Origin: Klebsormidium nitens
Taxonomy: Eukaryota; Plantae; Klebsormidiophyceae
NCBI GenBank assembly: GCA_000708835.1
Contig: DF237328.1
Span: 25,647-89,646, forward strand
Direction of reading: 5' to 3'
DNA: 64,000 nucleotides
In this document: in pieces, positions 1 through 26,010 of the stretch
Layout of the letters: each line of letters starts with the position of its first letter
How positions within the stretch are numbered: position 1 is the first letter of the stretch
Program-made: the position numbers and the translations under genes
Notes under the pieces: generated by a model
What the model was told of the DNA's origin: nothing
Databases searched by the model: none
Seen by the model: the letters and a program-made list of their open reading frames with translations, nothing else

Positions 1-14675
<14,675 letters not shown>

Positions 14676-15372
14676 GCTGATGTCATCTGCGCCTTGCTAA
14701 TGCTGCTGGTTGAGTGCTGGTTTTTCCAGAGATTTCCTTTCCCACAATCATGGTGTGGATACAACCTTTCGTGATCTTTTCATGAAAGTTCAGATGCCTC
14801 AGTCCACTTGAACCAGCTAGATGAGCTTTTAGGCAAAAGCTCCAAAAAAGTGGTCCTCAAAGGACGTCTGCCAGGAGCAATTTGGTTCCTAAAAGCTCAC
14901 GTCTCAAACCGGAGCCACCCAAACGCACGTACTACTGCTGCAAAAGCCAGCTCTCTTGTTGCGTCTTCAGCTGCTCATTGAAACAAACAGTGGCGCGCCT
15001 CCAGGCTCCCCTTTCTTCTGCAATCCCTCCATAGCCACATGTAAATTGCACTACCGTATTCAGTCTCAGACTGAGAGCTTTGCTCTGCTTGAAGTATCAA
15101 CGAGAAACGTGGCGATGGGGTGACGTGAGTCAGGTAAAGAGTGGGTCAAACCGCCCATCCAACTCCACGACCTTTGAGACCGGTAAGTCGAAGATACTGA
15201 CGTCATAGTTCGTCCTCGGACTCGGATCATGGATGGTAGGGTTCGTCACCAAGAATCGGAATGTTGGGGGGTCCCCCTGCCGCTGCGCCTATTTACAGAG
15301 CTCTCCTGATTTCCGGAAACAAGCATTCCCTCAAAACTTCCACTATCAACAGACGCGGTTCCTCTTGCAAAC
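14676..15372. promoter_or_regulatory. Probable bidirectional promoter/5'UTR region between VPS34 (-) and the RBR ligase (+); contains TGACGT motifs
   Basis: Divergent ATGs about 0.7 kb apart; TGACGTGA at 15121 and palindromic TGACGTCA at 15198 (bZIP C-box/as-1-like). Confidence 0.5.
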
Positions 15373-18300
15373 ATGGGGACATTGCTCACCAACGTGGCTT
15401 CCTCTCTTGCTGTGGCTGCGACCTTGCTGGCCGCGGTGGACCTGTGCTGCCGCTATGCAGGCGGCTTGACAGAGACGAGCGCAAGAAGGGGCGATGCGCC
15501 GAATGCTGCACATCGACGCAGGCAGACAGCGGTCAGGCATACGTGAGTGATGAGCTCCTATCTGCTTCTGAGCTTGACCATGTGCACTATCAACTGCTCA
15601 TTTGAGAAGGTTAGTCTGAGAGTGGTGGACAGAAAGGGTTTGGGCAAGAGTTCTAACCTCAGCACTGTTTGCTTTGCAAAGTGGGATTAAGCTTGGACAT
15701 ATTTGTATCTGACTCGAATTGCTAGGGCCACGTTGTCTTTATTGCTTGTGAAATGCAGTACACCACACTGTTTCCGGTCCAGTAGATAGGAGGCTGTGCA
15801 AAACATGTACAGTATCGTGAAGGAAGGAAAGACAGATGAAGTACTTTACCCAGTGCGCTGTACATCAACTGCACAGAAGATCAAGCAAGATCCTATTGCC
15901 TGACTTTTCTTGATCAGCTCAGAAGTGCCCCAATCAATGCTGGTTCGAGCTTTTGAAGAAGTGGCCACCAATTTACGCCCTTCGTTGTTTGCGAATTGCC
16001 TGAGAAATATAGCTCAGTGTGTACACGCACATGTTTGTTTAGCATCTATACCAACTCCGGAAGCAATAGCATAAAATGCAGGCTCCGGACAATTGAGTCA
16101 ACCAAACCCCAAGGGGTTTGAACACCTGGTGACTCTCGCCTTCAAAACCTTGAGGTTTCCAGCTTCAAGGAATGCTTATGACTGCAGAACTTACTGTCGT
16201 AGTCAACTGCAGAGAATCGTGGCCCTCAAATCTACCAAGTGATGTCAGCAATGCTGATCTCACCTTTGCTTTATCTGCAGAGGGCCCAACGACTTGGCCA
16301 ACAGGTGGCAGACCTACAAGGGTATGATGTCCTCAAAGTTTGGGGTTTCAAAAGGTGCGTCATCTTAGGAAGCCAGCCCTCTGAACCATTCCAACTTTGC
16401 TGCACAAGGCTCTAAGGCATTTGTTAAGCTAGGTGCTTGCCCTGTGGCATTCCCAAGATGCTATGAAACTGCACGCAACTGTTGATCTTCAGCGCTTTTG
16501 CAGATCGTACAGTCTTGAAGTTCATTGGCAGAAATCATTCATATAGCGGACATAGGAGTGAGCTAGTGCTAGAAAAAATTGGTTGGCACAATACGCATTT
16601 GGAGAGAGTGCATGATATTGAAGCTCATTGATAAAGATCCATGGTTGTGGCCAAGTCCTTCAGCAGAGGAATGAGCTAGTGCTAGAAAGAATGCCTGACA
16701 CAATACACTTCCGTACAGAGTGCATGATATGCACAGAAAAGAAGCGGCCCACGAAGTTCCGCCTTCCAACCACTCAGTGCTCCCACCAACCCGACGTCTG
16801 CATGTAAGCTCAGCTCACTCAGGGGAGCCTTTTCACGGCAAAGCAATGATTAGTCACGTCAATCCGGCTAATGGCGTGATATTTACTATTTCCTTGATAT
16901 TCTGATATGTTCACACATGAGTCCCTAGCAAGTTGGCGCATTGCTCCAGATACCTGGAGTCTTTACAAAGATTCCCAGGCCACAGCATCAGTTTTGAATG
17001 GCACTTCTTTTTTTGGTTATTGACACTGCGCATGTGTGAATAGGGTCAGGTGTCCCTGTTTGTTCTTTGTGGGTTCCAGTAGGATTTCAGGGTTTCAGGG
17101 GTGTTAGGGTTTCAGGGTTTGGGGTTTTGGAGTTTTACGGCTTCTGGGTTCTAAAGGAAAATCAAACCTTCCAAGTGACTTCCACGAAGCGCCCCAAACC
17201 CTCCCCTGAAGTGCCCCTTCCTATCACCAATTTCGACGACGTCTAATTTTCGCAATGCACAATGCCCATCGCAGGAAACCAGTTGTACTCATGTGGGCCC
17301 GAGGAAGGCCCCTTGCATTCGGAAGCAACGTACAAAAACCCCATCAGTTTGGCTTCCTCAGACTCTGACTCTGCATATTGTACCGTCATTGAAACAGACA
17401 CTGCTTGCGGAATTATCTACGAGTGGAGGTCGTTGAGAAGGGACGCGTTGGGGAGCTTCTAGTGTGCCCTTCGCCAGACTGTCTGGCAAATGTTGAAGAC
17501 CGAGATCTGCGAGCACTCTATCAAGCAGGTGAGTCTTGCTCGAGAAGGCAACCTAGCAGGACACTTTGCATTTCAAGAACCTGTCTTGATCTTTTAAGTT
17601 GCTTTTTTGATGTGGTATTTGAGTCTCGATTTTTCCGAGGTCGTTTCTCCTTACCTCCTCCTCGTGCAGTGTCCTATTCACATGTACGGAGTAAGGTAGG
17701 TGCGAAAATTCTCTCTTCTGTGTTCTCCTGCGACAATACTCCCCAACAAATTTCCCCTGCTCTCCTTTTGCGTTTTGCAATCAACCATTTCAACGCCGCT
17801 GCATGCTGGCTCCGTCCCTAGTTGCAAACGTACTCAAGGGAGCGGAAGAATCAAGGAAACGGGTTCACATCGGCTGATATCGCACAAGGTCTAGGCAGTC
17901 ACTTCCATCCGACGGTGTGGATTCGTGTTTTACAGAGGGGAGACTTCAGTAGTTGGGACGCAAACTTGCATTGCTCTCAACGATTGGAACCAGAGGTTGA
18001 CCCTCGAATAATAGTTCGTCTCTGGATGGTTGCATCACTCGTGCTCACGGAGACTGGCACGTTGAGGTATCCCCTCGTGGGACTGATTCTGCGTTATCGA
18101 ACGTCTGTGGTCCGTACAGGTCCCATTCACCTCGTCCGCCCATCGGTCTTTTAACGAGACTCTGCGTCACACCACACTAGACTTCGTAACCGGGCCTCCG
18201 GTTCTTCAAAGCTGCAGAAACGTCTTCGACCGGTTGCAGGCAATCCGGTGATTGCGTACCACAAGGAACGTCTCTTCGAGAGCGCGGTGGAGAAGGACCT

Positions 18301-19589
18301 CAATTTAAAGGAACTCTATGTTGCACCAGACTCGCTCCTTATTGCTGCCAGTATCGTACAAAGCTACGAACTGTAAGCACTGCGTTTCGACCCGTTTGCA
18401 GGCTACCCGCTGAGCGCCTGCCACGAGAAACCTCCTCGAGCGCGCATTGCATAAGGACCCCAACTCCAAAGAAACTAATGTCGCACGAGATTGGTTTCTT
18501 TCTTTCTGTCAGGTTGTACGAATCGGTTTCTATGCGTTTGCAGGAGACCCGCTGATGGCTTACCACGGAAAACGGCGCGTCGAGCGCGCGCTGGAGAAGG
18601 GAACTCAGTATCGGGGTAGATTGGTTGTTCATCGCTGCAAGATTTTCTTAAGTTGCAGGAACTAGGGAGTTCTCGTCAATCCATTCGCAGGTGCTCCGCT
18701 GGTCGCGTGTCACGAGAGACCGTTTCTTTTGAGCGTGCGCTCGAGAAAGCCCGGTGGCCCCAAACTGGCTTCTCGTTGCTGCAAGATCTCAGAAAGCTGC
18801 ATAAAGTAAGCACTGCCTTTTGATCCATTTGCAGGCGACCCGGTAGTTGCCTGCGACGAGAAGGGGCTCTTCGAGCGTTTGAAGAAGAACCCAATCACAA
18901 CGAAACTCTGTGTCGCACCAAATAGGCTTCTCAAATGCTGCCAAATACTCGAAGCTGCAAAACCCAGAGTATCTTTTTGAACCTTTGCAGGCGACCCGCT
19001 GATTGCCTGCCACGAGAAACGCCTCTTCGAGCGCGCGCTGGAAACGGACCCCAATTTCCGGTGGTGTCCTCACAACGGCTGCGGCAATGGCCAGCTCATC
19101 GACGACGCTGACGAAAGCACGTTCTGGTCGTGCGTCACCTGCAACAGCCGGGTTTGCACACGTCACCGCGTCGTCTTTCACGAGGGGATGACGTGTGCCG
19201 AATACGATGCGATCGCTCCAGATTCGGACGTACAAGAAAACGGGTCTCGGAGGAAACGGAGTTGGCGCGCGTTTTTCGGCCTCGCCCCGACCGCCGCTTG
19301 GGAACTACGGAACGCAGAGACGGAAGAGCGGAAAGCGGCGGAGAAGCTCAGGAGGCGCGACGCGGCCGCGCGCGCGCGCGAGGAGGCCGCGAGCCGCGCC
19401 GCGCTCGCGCGGCTTGGCGTCAAGCGCTGTCCGAAGTGCGCGCAGGGTTTGCAGAAAAACGACGGTTGCGATCACTTTACGTGTGGGACCGCGATGGGGT
19501 GCAAGGCGCAGTTCTGCTGGCTGTGTATGGCGGACTGGGGGCCGATCGTGCGGAACGGAAACAAGTACCACAAACGGAACTGCCGGTAA
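15373..19589 (+). CDS. RBR (RING1-IBR-RING2) E3 ubiquitin ligase, about 341 aa, with a hydrophobic N-terminus
   Basis: Exons 15373-15542, 16281-16321, 16719-16803, 17398-17528, 18991-19589; all GT-AG and phase-consistent (1026 nt). RING1 is CMIC..CSH..VCIHC..CPSPDC; IBR is FRWCPHNGC..CVTC..VCTRHRVVFHEGMTC; RING2 is KRCPKC..KNDGCDHFTC..CKAQFCWLC. The first two exons rest on splice signals and phase only, so they are less certain. Confidence 0.9.
17082..17130 (+). repeat. Degenerate telomere-like (TTTCAGGG/TTAGGG) G-tract repeat; G-quadruplex consensus
   Basis: gggtttcaggggtgttagggtttcagggtttgggg at 17090-17124: five G3+ tracts with 3-5 nt loops. Confidence 0.7.
18225..18990 (+). repeat. Tandem array of five echo copies of the RBR last-exon acceptor
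   Basis: GCAG| followed by an exon-like start at 18240, 18402, 18544, 18691 and 18835 (live exon 18991); period 142-162 nt. Confidence 0.93.
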
Positions 19590-21571
19590 GGGCGTCAAGA
19601 AGGGCCTGATCTTGTAACTTGTTCGGCTTGGCGTTACAGTCGCCTCACCGTTTAGAGGAGTGGTCGCCTCAGAAGTTTCGACTGCCATCAACATGCCCTG
19701 GATCTTCGGTCCTATCATCCTTTGCGAGTAATCAAGTCTACGCACTTGCCTTTTGGACTTCTTCCATTTGAGCCTTTCTGTACTGTACGTATGAGCATCG
19801 CGAGCTTGAAAGATGCCTCAGAACAGGGCTCGAAAGCGGCTGAATTTCATTTCGCCTGACCCTTCGTTTGCTTCGAATCATCTGCCACGGATGACGTTGC
19901 GGTCAACATCTTACTGACTTCCCACTGGTTCGCTGCACCACGTGGCTGACGTGGTCAAGGGAGTGGAAACGATCAGCGACCTTGAAACCGGCGTCTCGAC
20001 TAGTAGGTCGCTGCTGCTGGCCAACACCCGACAAGGTCTACTGACATCAAAAAGAATGTCCAACTCCCTGAGTAAATCAAATGTCTTTCTGGATTTCATG
20101 TTGCAGGTGGTATGCGTGAGAGTCCTGCAACAGAGGACGACTCATGCCAGTTTCGACCTCTAGAATCCTGTCCGCTCGTGAAAAAGTCAGCGCTTTCAAC
20201 CACCTTAAAAACTTGGAAGCTTCAAATGCCCAAGCCAACCAAGCTGGCAGTGTAAAGTATTCCCAATTTTCTGGGGTTCATTTAGTCTGCGCTGGCCATC
20301 CCGGCAAGAGCGTATTATAAGCGACTTGTTGTAAGCAGAACAGTCATGGTCTATACTAGGCAACATGTACATACGTACTTGCAAACGACTCCAACACCGG
20401 ATAGCGTTTGTCGGACCTCTGGTGGCGCCACAGCGTCACTCCTTTAGTGATTTTGTAATACCTTATAAACAGTGAATTGTCTTCCCGGCCCAATTGCTTG
20501 CGGATCTTTGACAGGGAGCCCCATTAACACTGACTCAGAATCAGAATGAGCTAGAGTAGGTGCTGTGGGGAACCGACTACCGGACGTTCTTACAGATGAA
20601 TACTTGTTCGGGCCGACATGCAGGTTCTACCCGCGACAGCTCATGCACCATGACGCACTCTGATTTGCATTCCCACGTGACGTGCTCAACGCTTCGTTGA
20701 AAAGCCTAAGTATTGATCTGGCGCCTTCCCGGCACGGAATGTTGGAAACTCTGCTGCAGACTAGAGAAAAAGGCAAAGAATGAGTAATTATGAAGTGGTC
20801 ACCAACGCATCGTGAACTTACCAGTTCACGAAAGCGTGCTGCAGAACGTGCCTCACTGATCAGTAAATCATGCATGTATGCGACGCGGGTGATCGAACTA
20901 GAGCTGGCAGGCTCGATTCGTGAACTTGTCGTTAGGCGATCGCCAATTGCGCCCACATGCGGGAAGCTCTGTATGACATCGGTTGCAGCCGAACAGGGAT
21001 CAAAAGGAAGTGCCTTCAAGATGAATCTTCCCTTGATTCAATTCGCTGTGGCACAGTGCACAAGCGTGGATCAAACCCTTAAATATCCGTGTAGACGTTG
21101 CATCAAGCGTTTGGCACGCGGCACGTCTCGCCAGCATTCAAGAAGCTGACCGTGTGCAATCGAACTGACTTCGATTGCTCTTGACGAGTTACTCTGCTTG
21201 GTTTGAAGAGCCCAGAAGCCCGCATGGTGATCGAACAAGACCATAAGATCATCGACATACTGGATGTGACCGTTTCCACAGGTTGCGGACAATGTGAGCT
21301 GACGTCACATTGATCAAAGCGCAATATCCTCATTCGTCATCTGCTGAAGAGAAACTTCATCGTCCTAGGATAGTCACATCAAGCTCACAAGTATCTGATC
21401 TCGCGCCTTCGTCGTTGAGGTTGCGGGTTGTGGAAGGACCGCTGATGTAAACCTCATAAGGTTCTTCGCCAAGCGACGGCAAGATATCCTTCTAGCTAGC
21501 TACCCCTTTTATTAAAATAGTAGAAGTGGGAGGGCGAGTGGGCTTCTTGTCAACACCTCCAGTTGCACACG

Positions 21572-22012
21572 ATGCACCCGTTTTTTGCAGGGATATGTTT
21601 CGCCAGCGGAGTGGGGGTAGCGGTCTACCTGTTTCAGGGGCCCCCGGACCAAACCGGTTCAGAGAAAGCGCTGACTTCTCTACGACGAGATTCAAAGCTG
21701 CTGAAGTCACTTCACGAAAAGGAAGTGCTTCTGAAAAAGGAGCTAGACGCTCTGAAGGAGAAAAAGGAGTGCCGATCCGCCCTTATTCGTCACGGTCAGG
21801 CCACGCCGGAGATTCTCAAAGAACTGGGTTTTGGAGATGCTTTGGGAAAGACCATCGAGGCAGCGGAGAAACGGCACGCTCCGGCGGCAGAAGCCGTATT
21901 CAAGCAGTGGATGCTGTTTTTAGAAGAGTTGAAGGCTTTTGCGAAGCGGTACGGTATGGCCTCAGGCTTCCGTGCTATTTGGGCGCTTGCGAAGGAGAGC
22001 ATTGGCAAGTAA
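21572..22012 (+). CDS. Unknown 146-aa protein, N-terminal hydrophobic anchor plus coiled coil (paralog A of a tandem trio)
   Basis: Single ORF from ATG 21572 (the ORF track starts at TTG 21563). Begins MHPFFAGICFASGVGVAVYLF. Shares GSEKAL..L.R, AEKRHA...A..KQ and a C-terminal G motif with the ORFs at 23627 and 25588. Confidence 0.72.
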   Translation: MHPFFAGICFASGVGVAVYLFQGPPDQTGSEKALTSLRRDSKLLKSLHEKEVLLKKELDALKEKKECRSALIRHGQATPEILKELGFGDALGKTIEAAEKRHAPAAEAVFKQWMLFLEELKAFAKRYGMASGFRAIWALAKESIGK

Positions 22013-23626
22013 TGACGCGGTAACAAACAGAATTGGACGGCGAATTGAGCGTAGAGATGCGCGTCCAGTCTCAAATGGTCTCATATATAGCCAGTACAGC
22101 AGTAGGTCAACTCGTTGTATGTAAACCAAAAGCTTTCAATAACGCAGTATCTTTAATTCGAGTGTGTAGGAGACTTACATAAAGCTACATCTCGACTTAC
22201 AGTGAAAGAAACGCTTTGCTGTTTACTACGAGAGTATTTGGGCCTTTTGAGTTCTTGCCTCAACCAGTCTCGCTCTCAGGACTGGTTGCGATTTCCATCT
22301 TTTAGGCACATGCATTGCGGCATGTTACGTGCTTTTTTATCCCTTAAAGCGCCCATGGGTACTCCACTACGGTCATATCATGTAACAAATTCGCATCATT
22401 TCAATATGGTGAAGTAGACGGTTGCATCCCTTGGTTAAGACTATGGTACTCTCAGAAACTACTTTTTACTTATTTCGTCCGTCGCTTCTGGACTGGGTAT
22501 GCTTTTTCATATGCTTTGCCATCTCAGTTTATCATTGCAGAAGGGTGTTCGGAGGCGCGCAGAGTTCAAACCAGACAGATCTGCATGAGCATGAGTTGTG
22601 AACTGGTCTCGCCTGCGGGCGAGATTAGTACATTGAAAAATACGTCATTAGAGGAGACAATGACGACCTTTCAATGTTGTTCCACACGAAGCACATGCTC
22701 ATGCCTTCAGTCTAGACAGTCGCATCGATCACGTTCAAAGCGTGTCACCTATATAACCTGCAGTGTCACTTTTCAATTCCCTAATGGGTATCCATGCCTT
22801 GTGTGGTATGCGGACAGCTTCGTTCACAGCTTAACGGCAGACATTTTATCGATGTTCTTCAATCTACTCGTCATCCTTCGTCGTAGATACGACACTCATT
22901 TCGGCATTCCGGTCCGAGATTTGGCCTCGTTCATTCAAGCGCATTGAACACCCACATAGGTCATGAAGTCAAGTCAGCCCTTGAATAGGAGGACGCCTTT
23001 TTGGCAGCAAATCATCTCAGCTTTTGATAAAGCTCACGTCGACTGTGTCTGAGCCTGGCGGGCGAATCTGCTCTAACCAATTTGGAAGGAGCGTTGCGAA
23101 CAGGGAGCCATGAAACAGCCGCGAATGGTCCCATCAAAAGCCCTCGACTGTTTCATGCGCGCGCGCTCAGATGGCACCCGCGCGCGCGCGCGAAGCCCGG
23201 TAGCGACACCACCTTGAGCGCTGACCCACCGGCCCTTGACGTGACCGGCGCTCTGCACAACTCCGCAAGTGATACGAAATCTTTGAGGCGCTATAGCGTT
23301 CCTGTCTTTTTTTGAACATCTTTCTGAAGTAGCTAGAGAAAATGCCACTGCGACTGATAAAAGGCGCCAAGGAGGACGTGCAATTGCATTGTTGAAAGTG
23401 GATGCCTTCATATGAGCGCTCCATCAAAACGCTCTGTAAGTTTTGACCTGTTGAATTAGCGGCAAGCGCGCAGAGAACAGGGCTGACTTACTTTTTCAAC
23501 TGACGCATACAGGCGCGGACTTGAAAACACACTAAGGCCGGTCTACAACGGCCTCAAGCGGAACCAGGGCGCCGAGTAGCAAGCTTAAACGTTGTTTGGT
23601 CATATTCACTGCCCTTTCGTATAGGA

Positions 23627-24088
23627 ATGGCTTCTTTCCGTCGCTGCTTCTGTTCTTCGAGAGAAGAGCGTAGTACTGCAAAAGTAGCGCCGGACGTTTT
23701 GCTCTTGCCAAGCGCGCGCGCGCCGGACCAGAGGGGTTCCGAGAAAGCGCTAAGAGTTCTTCAGCGCGAGCTTAGCAAGATAAAGAAACTACTGGACGAG
23801 GAGTATGCTTTACTTAAGGAAACCATGGTTTTGAAAGCGAAGCGGGACCAGATTTCCGCTCCATTCATCAAAGGCGTGCTTACCGTAGAAGAACTAGAGG
23901 AGACACGCCTTCTAACCAAGTTGGAGAAGGCTGTCAAACGTGCGGAAAAACGGCACGCTTGTGCGGTAAAGGCGGCTACGAAACAGGAGAACAATCTAGG
24001 AGATGGGTTCGTGGAATATATGAGGCGCTTCGGTCTAACGCAAGGTATTTTTGACCTGGTGGAGCTTCTGCTAGAGATGAGCAACTGA
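23627..24088 (+). CDS. Unknown 153-aa coiled-coil protein (paralog B; no hydrophobic anchor, N-terminal MASFRRCFC)
   Basis: ATG-initiated ORF containing PDQRGSEKALRVLQRE..AEKRHACAVKAATKQ..EYMRRFG; homologous to the ORFs at 21572 and 25588. Confidence 0.72.
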   Translation: MASFRRCFCSSREERSTAKVAPDVLLLPSARAPDQRGSEKALRVLQRELSKIKKLLDEEYALLKETMVLKAKRDQISAPFIKGVLTVEELEETRLLTKLEKAVKRAEKRHACAVKAATKQENNLGDGFVEYMRRFGLTQGIFDLVELLLEMSN

Positions 24089-25587
24089 GGAGACACGTGC
24101 ACGTCATATCGAGGTAAGCAAACATCTGCGACCGACAGAATTACAAAGAATTTGGAATGTTCGTGTGATGTTGTCATGTGAAGGTGGATGAAGAAAGCCC
24201 AGTACTTGCGCTATACCCGTTCCTTTTGGTAGATGCTCTTTATAAGAGCTGGTTTCGAGAATCTTGATACATTTGAAGTTTTTGAATCTTATCCCGTCTC
24301 CTTTACGTATTCTCTTGGTCATTGTTTGTCGTGAAAGTTCAGCCTATTTCCAGCATCTAGTTCACCCAATTCAAAAAATCTGCCGCTCTCGAAGCTTTGA
24401 CAAGCAGTCCCCGGCCGTAATTAAAGCCGTTCTCTTGTAGTATCGCGCGCCCTTTTGGCTTGAAAGTAGACCTCGTTTTTGCTAAAAATGCACCACTGAA
24501 ACTTCCTTAAATGCGTTTCTTCGACTTCGACAGGAATCTCTCCAGAGTTCAGCTCGAGGTATGCGGCGTCCTTCAGCGGTGGAACGGACAAAAGGCCGTG
24601 CGCTTGGTTTCTTTTGACTTGCGTCTCAGCAGGTAGTGGGCCTGCTGACAAAGCGACTTGAGCGATAGAATCGAAGGATGAGCGAGGCGGCGGGTAGATC
24701 AAGAATTAACATGAGAAGAAACTTTCCGAGTATATCGACCAATGTGCTTCCGAAGAAAGATGGGCAAGATTCTTAGAGACCGAGCTCCTTTATCGTGGGA
24801 GGGCTCATAGACACCGTTTGGGCGTTGCTTAACGTTCATTCTGTGATTAAAATGAATTCTCACGCCCAAGTCGTGGCTGAGGGCAACTCCGAGAACTGAT
24901 CTTGAAGTGAATGTCAATCCAATTTCGAGACAGGAAACTGCTCAAATAGGCCGTTGCGTCGGACAGCTGCCAAAAGCACCTTACGCCAAACGGTCTGTGT
25001 GTCCAGAAGCACAAGGGGTTTATATGGAGCTATTCACTTTACGCGCCCTTGAATATACATTCCCATTTCCAGCCAATGTTTCAATGTTCTTTGCCCGCTC
25101 TTCGAACATCCAAGTTGTACATTTTGTGAAGAATCTTATCTGCGAATCCCAGTGCGTATGCAGCATTTAGGCGTCTTCTTTCGAGACATACACGTCATTA
25201 TACCCCTATGGACTGAAGCATCTCATCTACATCTTGATGCAAACCGGTAGACTGGGGAAATCAGTCAAATCATGGAGGGCGCGTGACCTCCCAATGGCCG
25301 TTTCTGAGAGGGCCCGGTCAAATCATGGTCCCAGATTCTGATTGCTGCGTAAGGTCACGTCTTGCCAAACTTGGAGTGGTGAAGCAAACTGAAACGTGAG
25401 CTGAGACTAGCGCTTCTGTGTCCTTTATCTTCATGCTCTAGCCAGCTCACAATCGCCACGGCGGCCGACCAATTTAAGTGAGCCGTGCTGGCGTAGCGGT
25501 CACAGACATGTCAGCCAAGTATACTTTGCTTAGTGATTCCCTCTCCTCCAAATATCCCCGCTGCAACTTTGAATTCAATCCCCAAAC

Positions 25588-26010
25588 ATGAACGCTTGGT
25601 TCTGGTTGTGTGCTGCAAGCGGTCTAGGTGGGCTTGCAATCTACCTGACGTACAAAAGAAATTCCGGTCAGAGTGCATCAGAGATGGCGCTGAGATCGCT
25701 CAAGCGCGAGATGAGTCGCTTGAAGGTCCTTTCAGAGAAGGAAAACAACGTTCTTGAAGATCTCGAAAGTTTGCAGAACAAGAAGCTGCGCATAGTCTCC
25801 AAAAGAAACGTCCGCTGGGAGCTAGCTAAGGTAGAACGAGACGTTCTTGAGGCAGAGAAACGTCATGCGGACGTGGCGGGAGCGGCCAGGAAGCAGTTGG
25901 TCAAAACCAGAGACACATTTTTGGAGTACTTGCAACAGTCTGGGATGTCGCAGAGTGACTTCAGGGAGATCATTGGAGGGAAGCTCCTAAGCGAGGATGT
26001 GGGCGGTTGA
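25588..26010 (+). CDS. Unknown 140-aa protein, N-terminal signal-anchor plus coiled coil (paralog C)
   Basis: ATG-initiated ORF MNAWFWLCAASGLGGLAIYLTYKR..ASEMALRSLKRE..AEKRHADVAGAARKQ..EYLQQSG; homologous to paralogs A and B. Confidence 0.72.
   Translation: MNAWFWLCAASGLGGLAIYLTYKRNSGQSASEMALRSLKREMSRLKVLSEKENNVLEDLESLQNKKLRIVSKRNVRWELAKVERDVLEAEKRHADVAGAARKQLVKTRDTFLEYLQQSGMSQSDFREIIGGKLLSEDVGG

Noticed and set aside
15780-16560. Possible TE remnant (CTICKSAED on the minus strand) in RBR introns
   Set aside because: A single CxxC without the rest of a zinc knuckle or any other TE motif.
19938-19954. Tandem G-box/ABRE-like CCACGTGGC TGACGTGG
   Set aside because: It is 1.6 kb from the nearest start, and such hexamers are frequent in this CpG-rich DNA; it cannot be assigned.
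20627-21333. RT-like motifs QYVDDLMV (ORF 21071-21292) and AYMHDLLI (ORF 20627-21019)
   Set aside because: No flanking RT motifs (QG/SP, LYGL, PFGL) could be found; a 4-6 residue match is expected by chance.
23109-23192. 10-bp inverted repeat (CATGAAACAG..CTGTTTCATG) and (CG)n runs
   Set aside because: Too short to distinguish from chance; no TSD or RNA-gene features.
24421-24917. Two minus-strand ORFs between paralogs B and C
   Set aside because: Short, non-ATG or unsupported starts, with no recognisable motif or splice structure.
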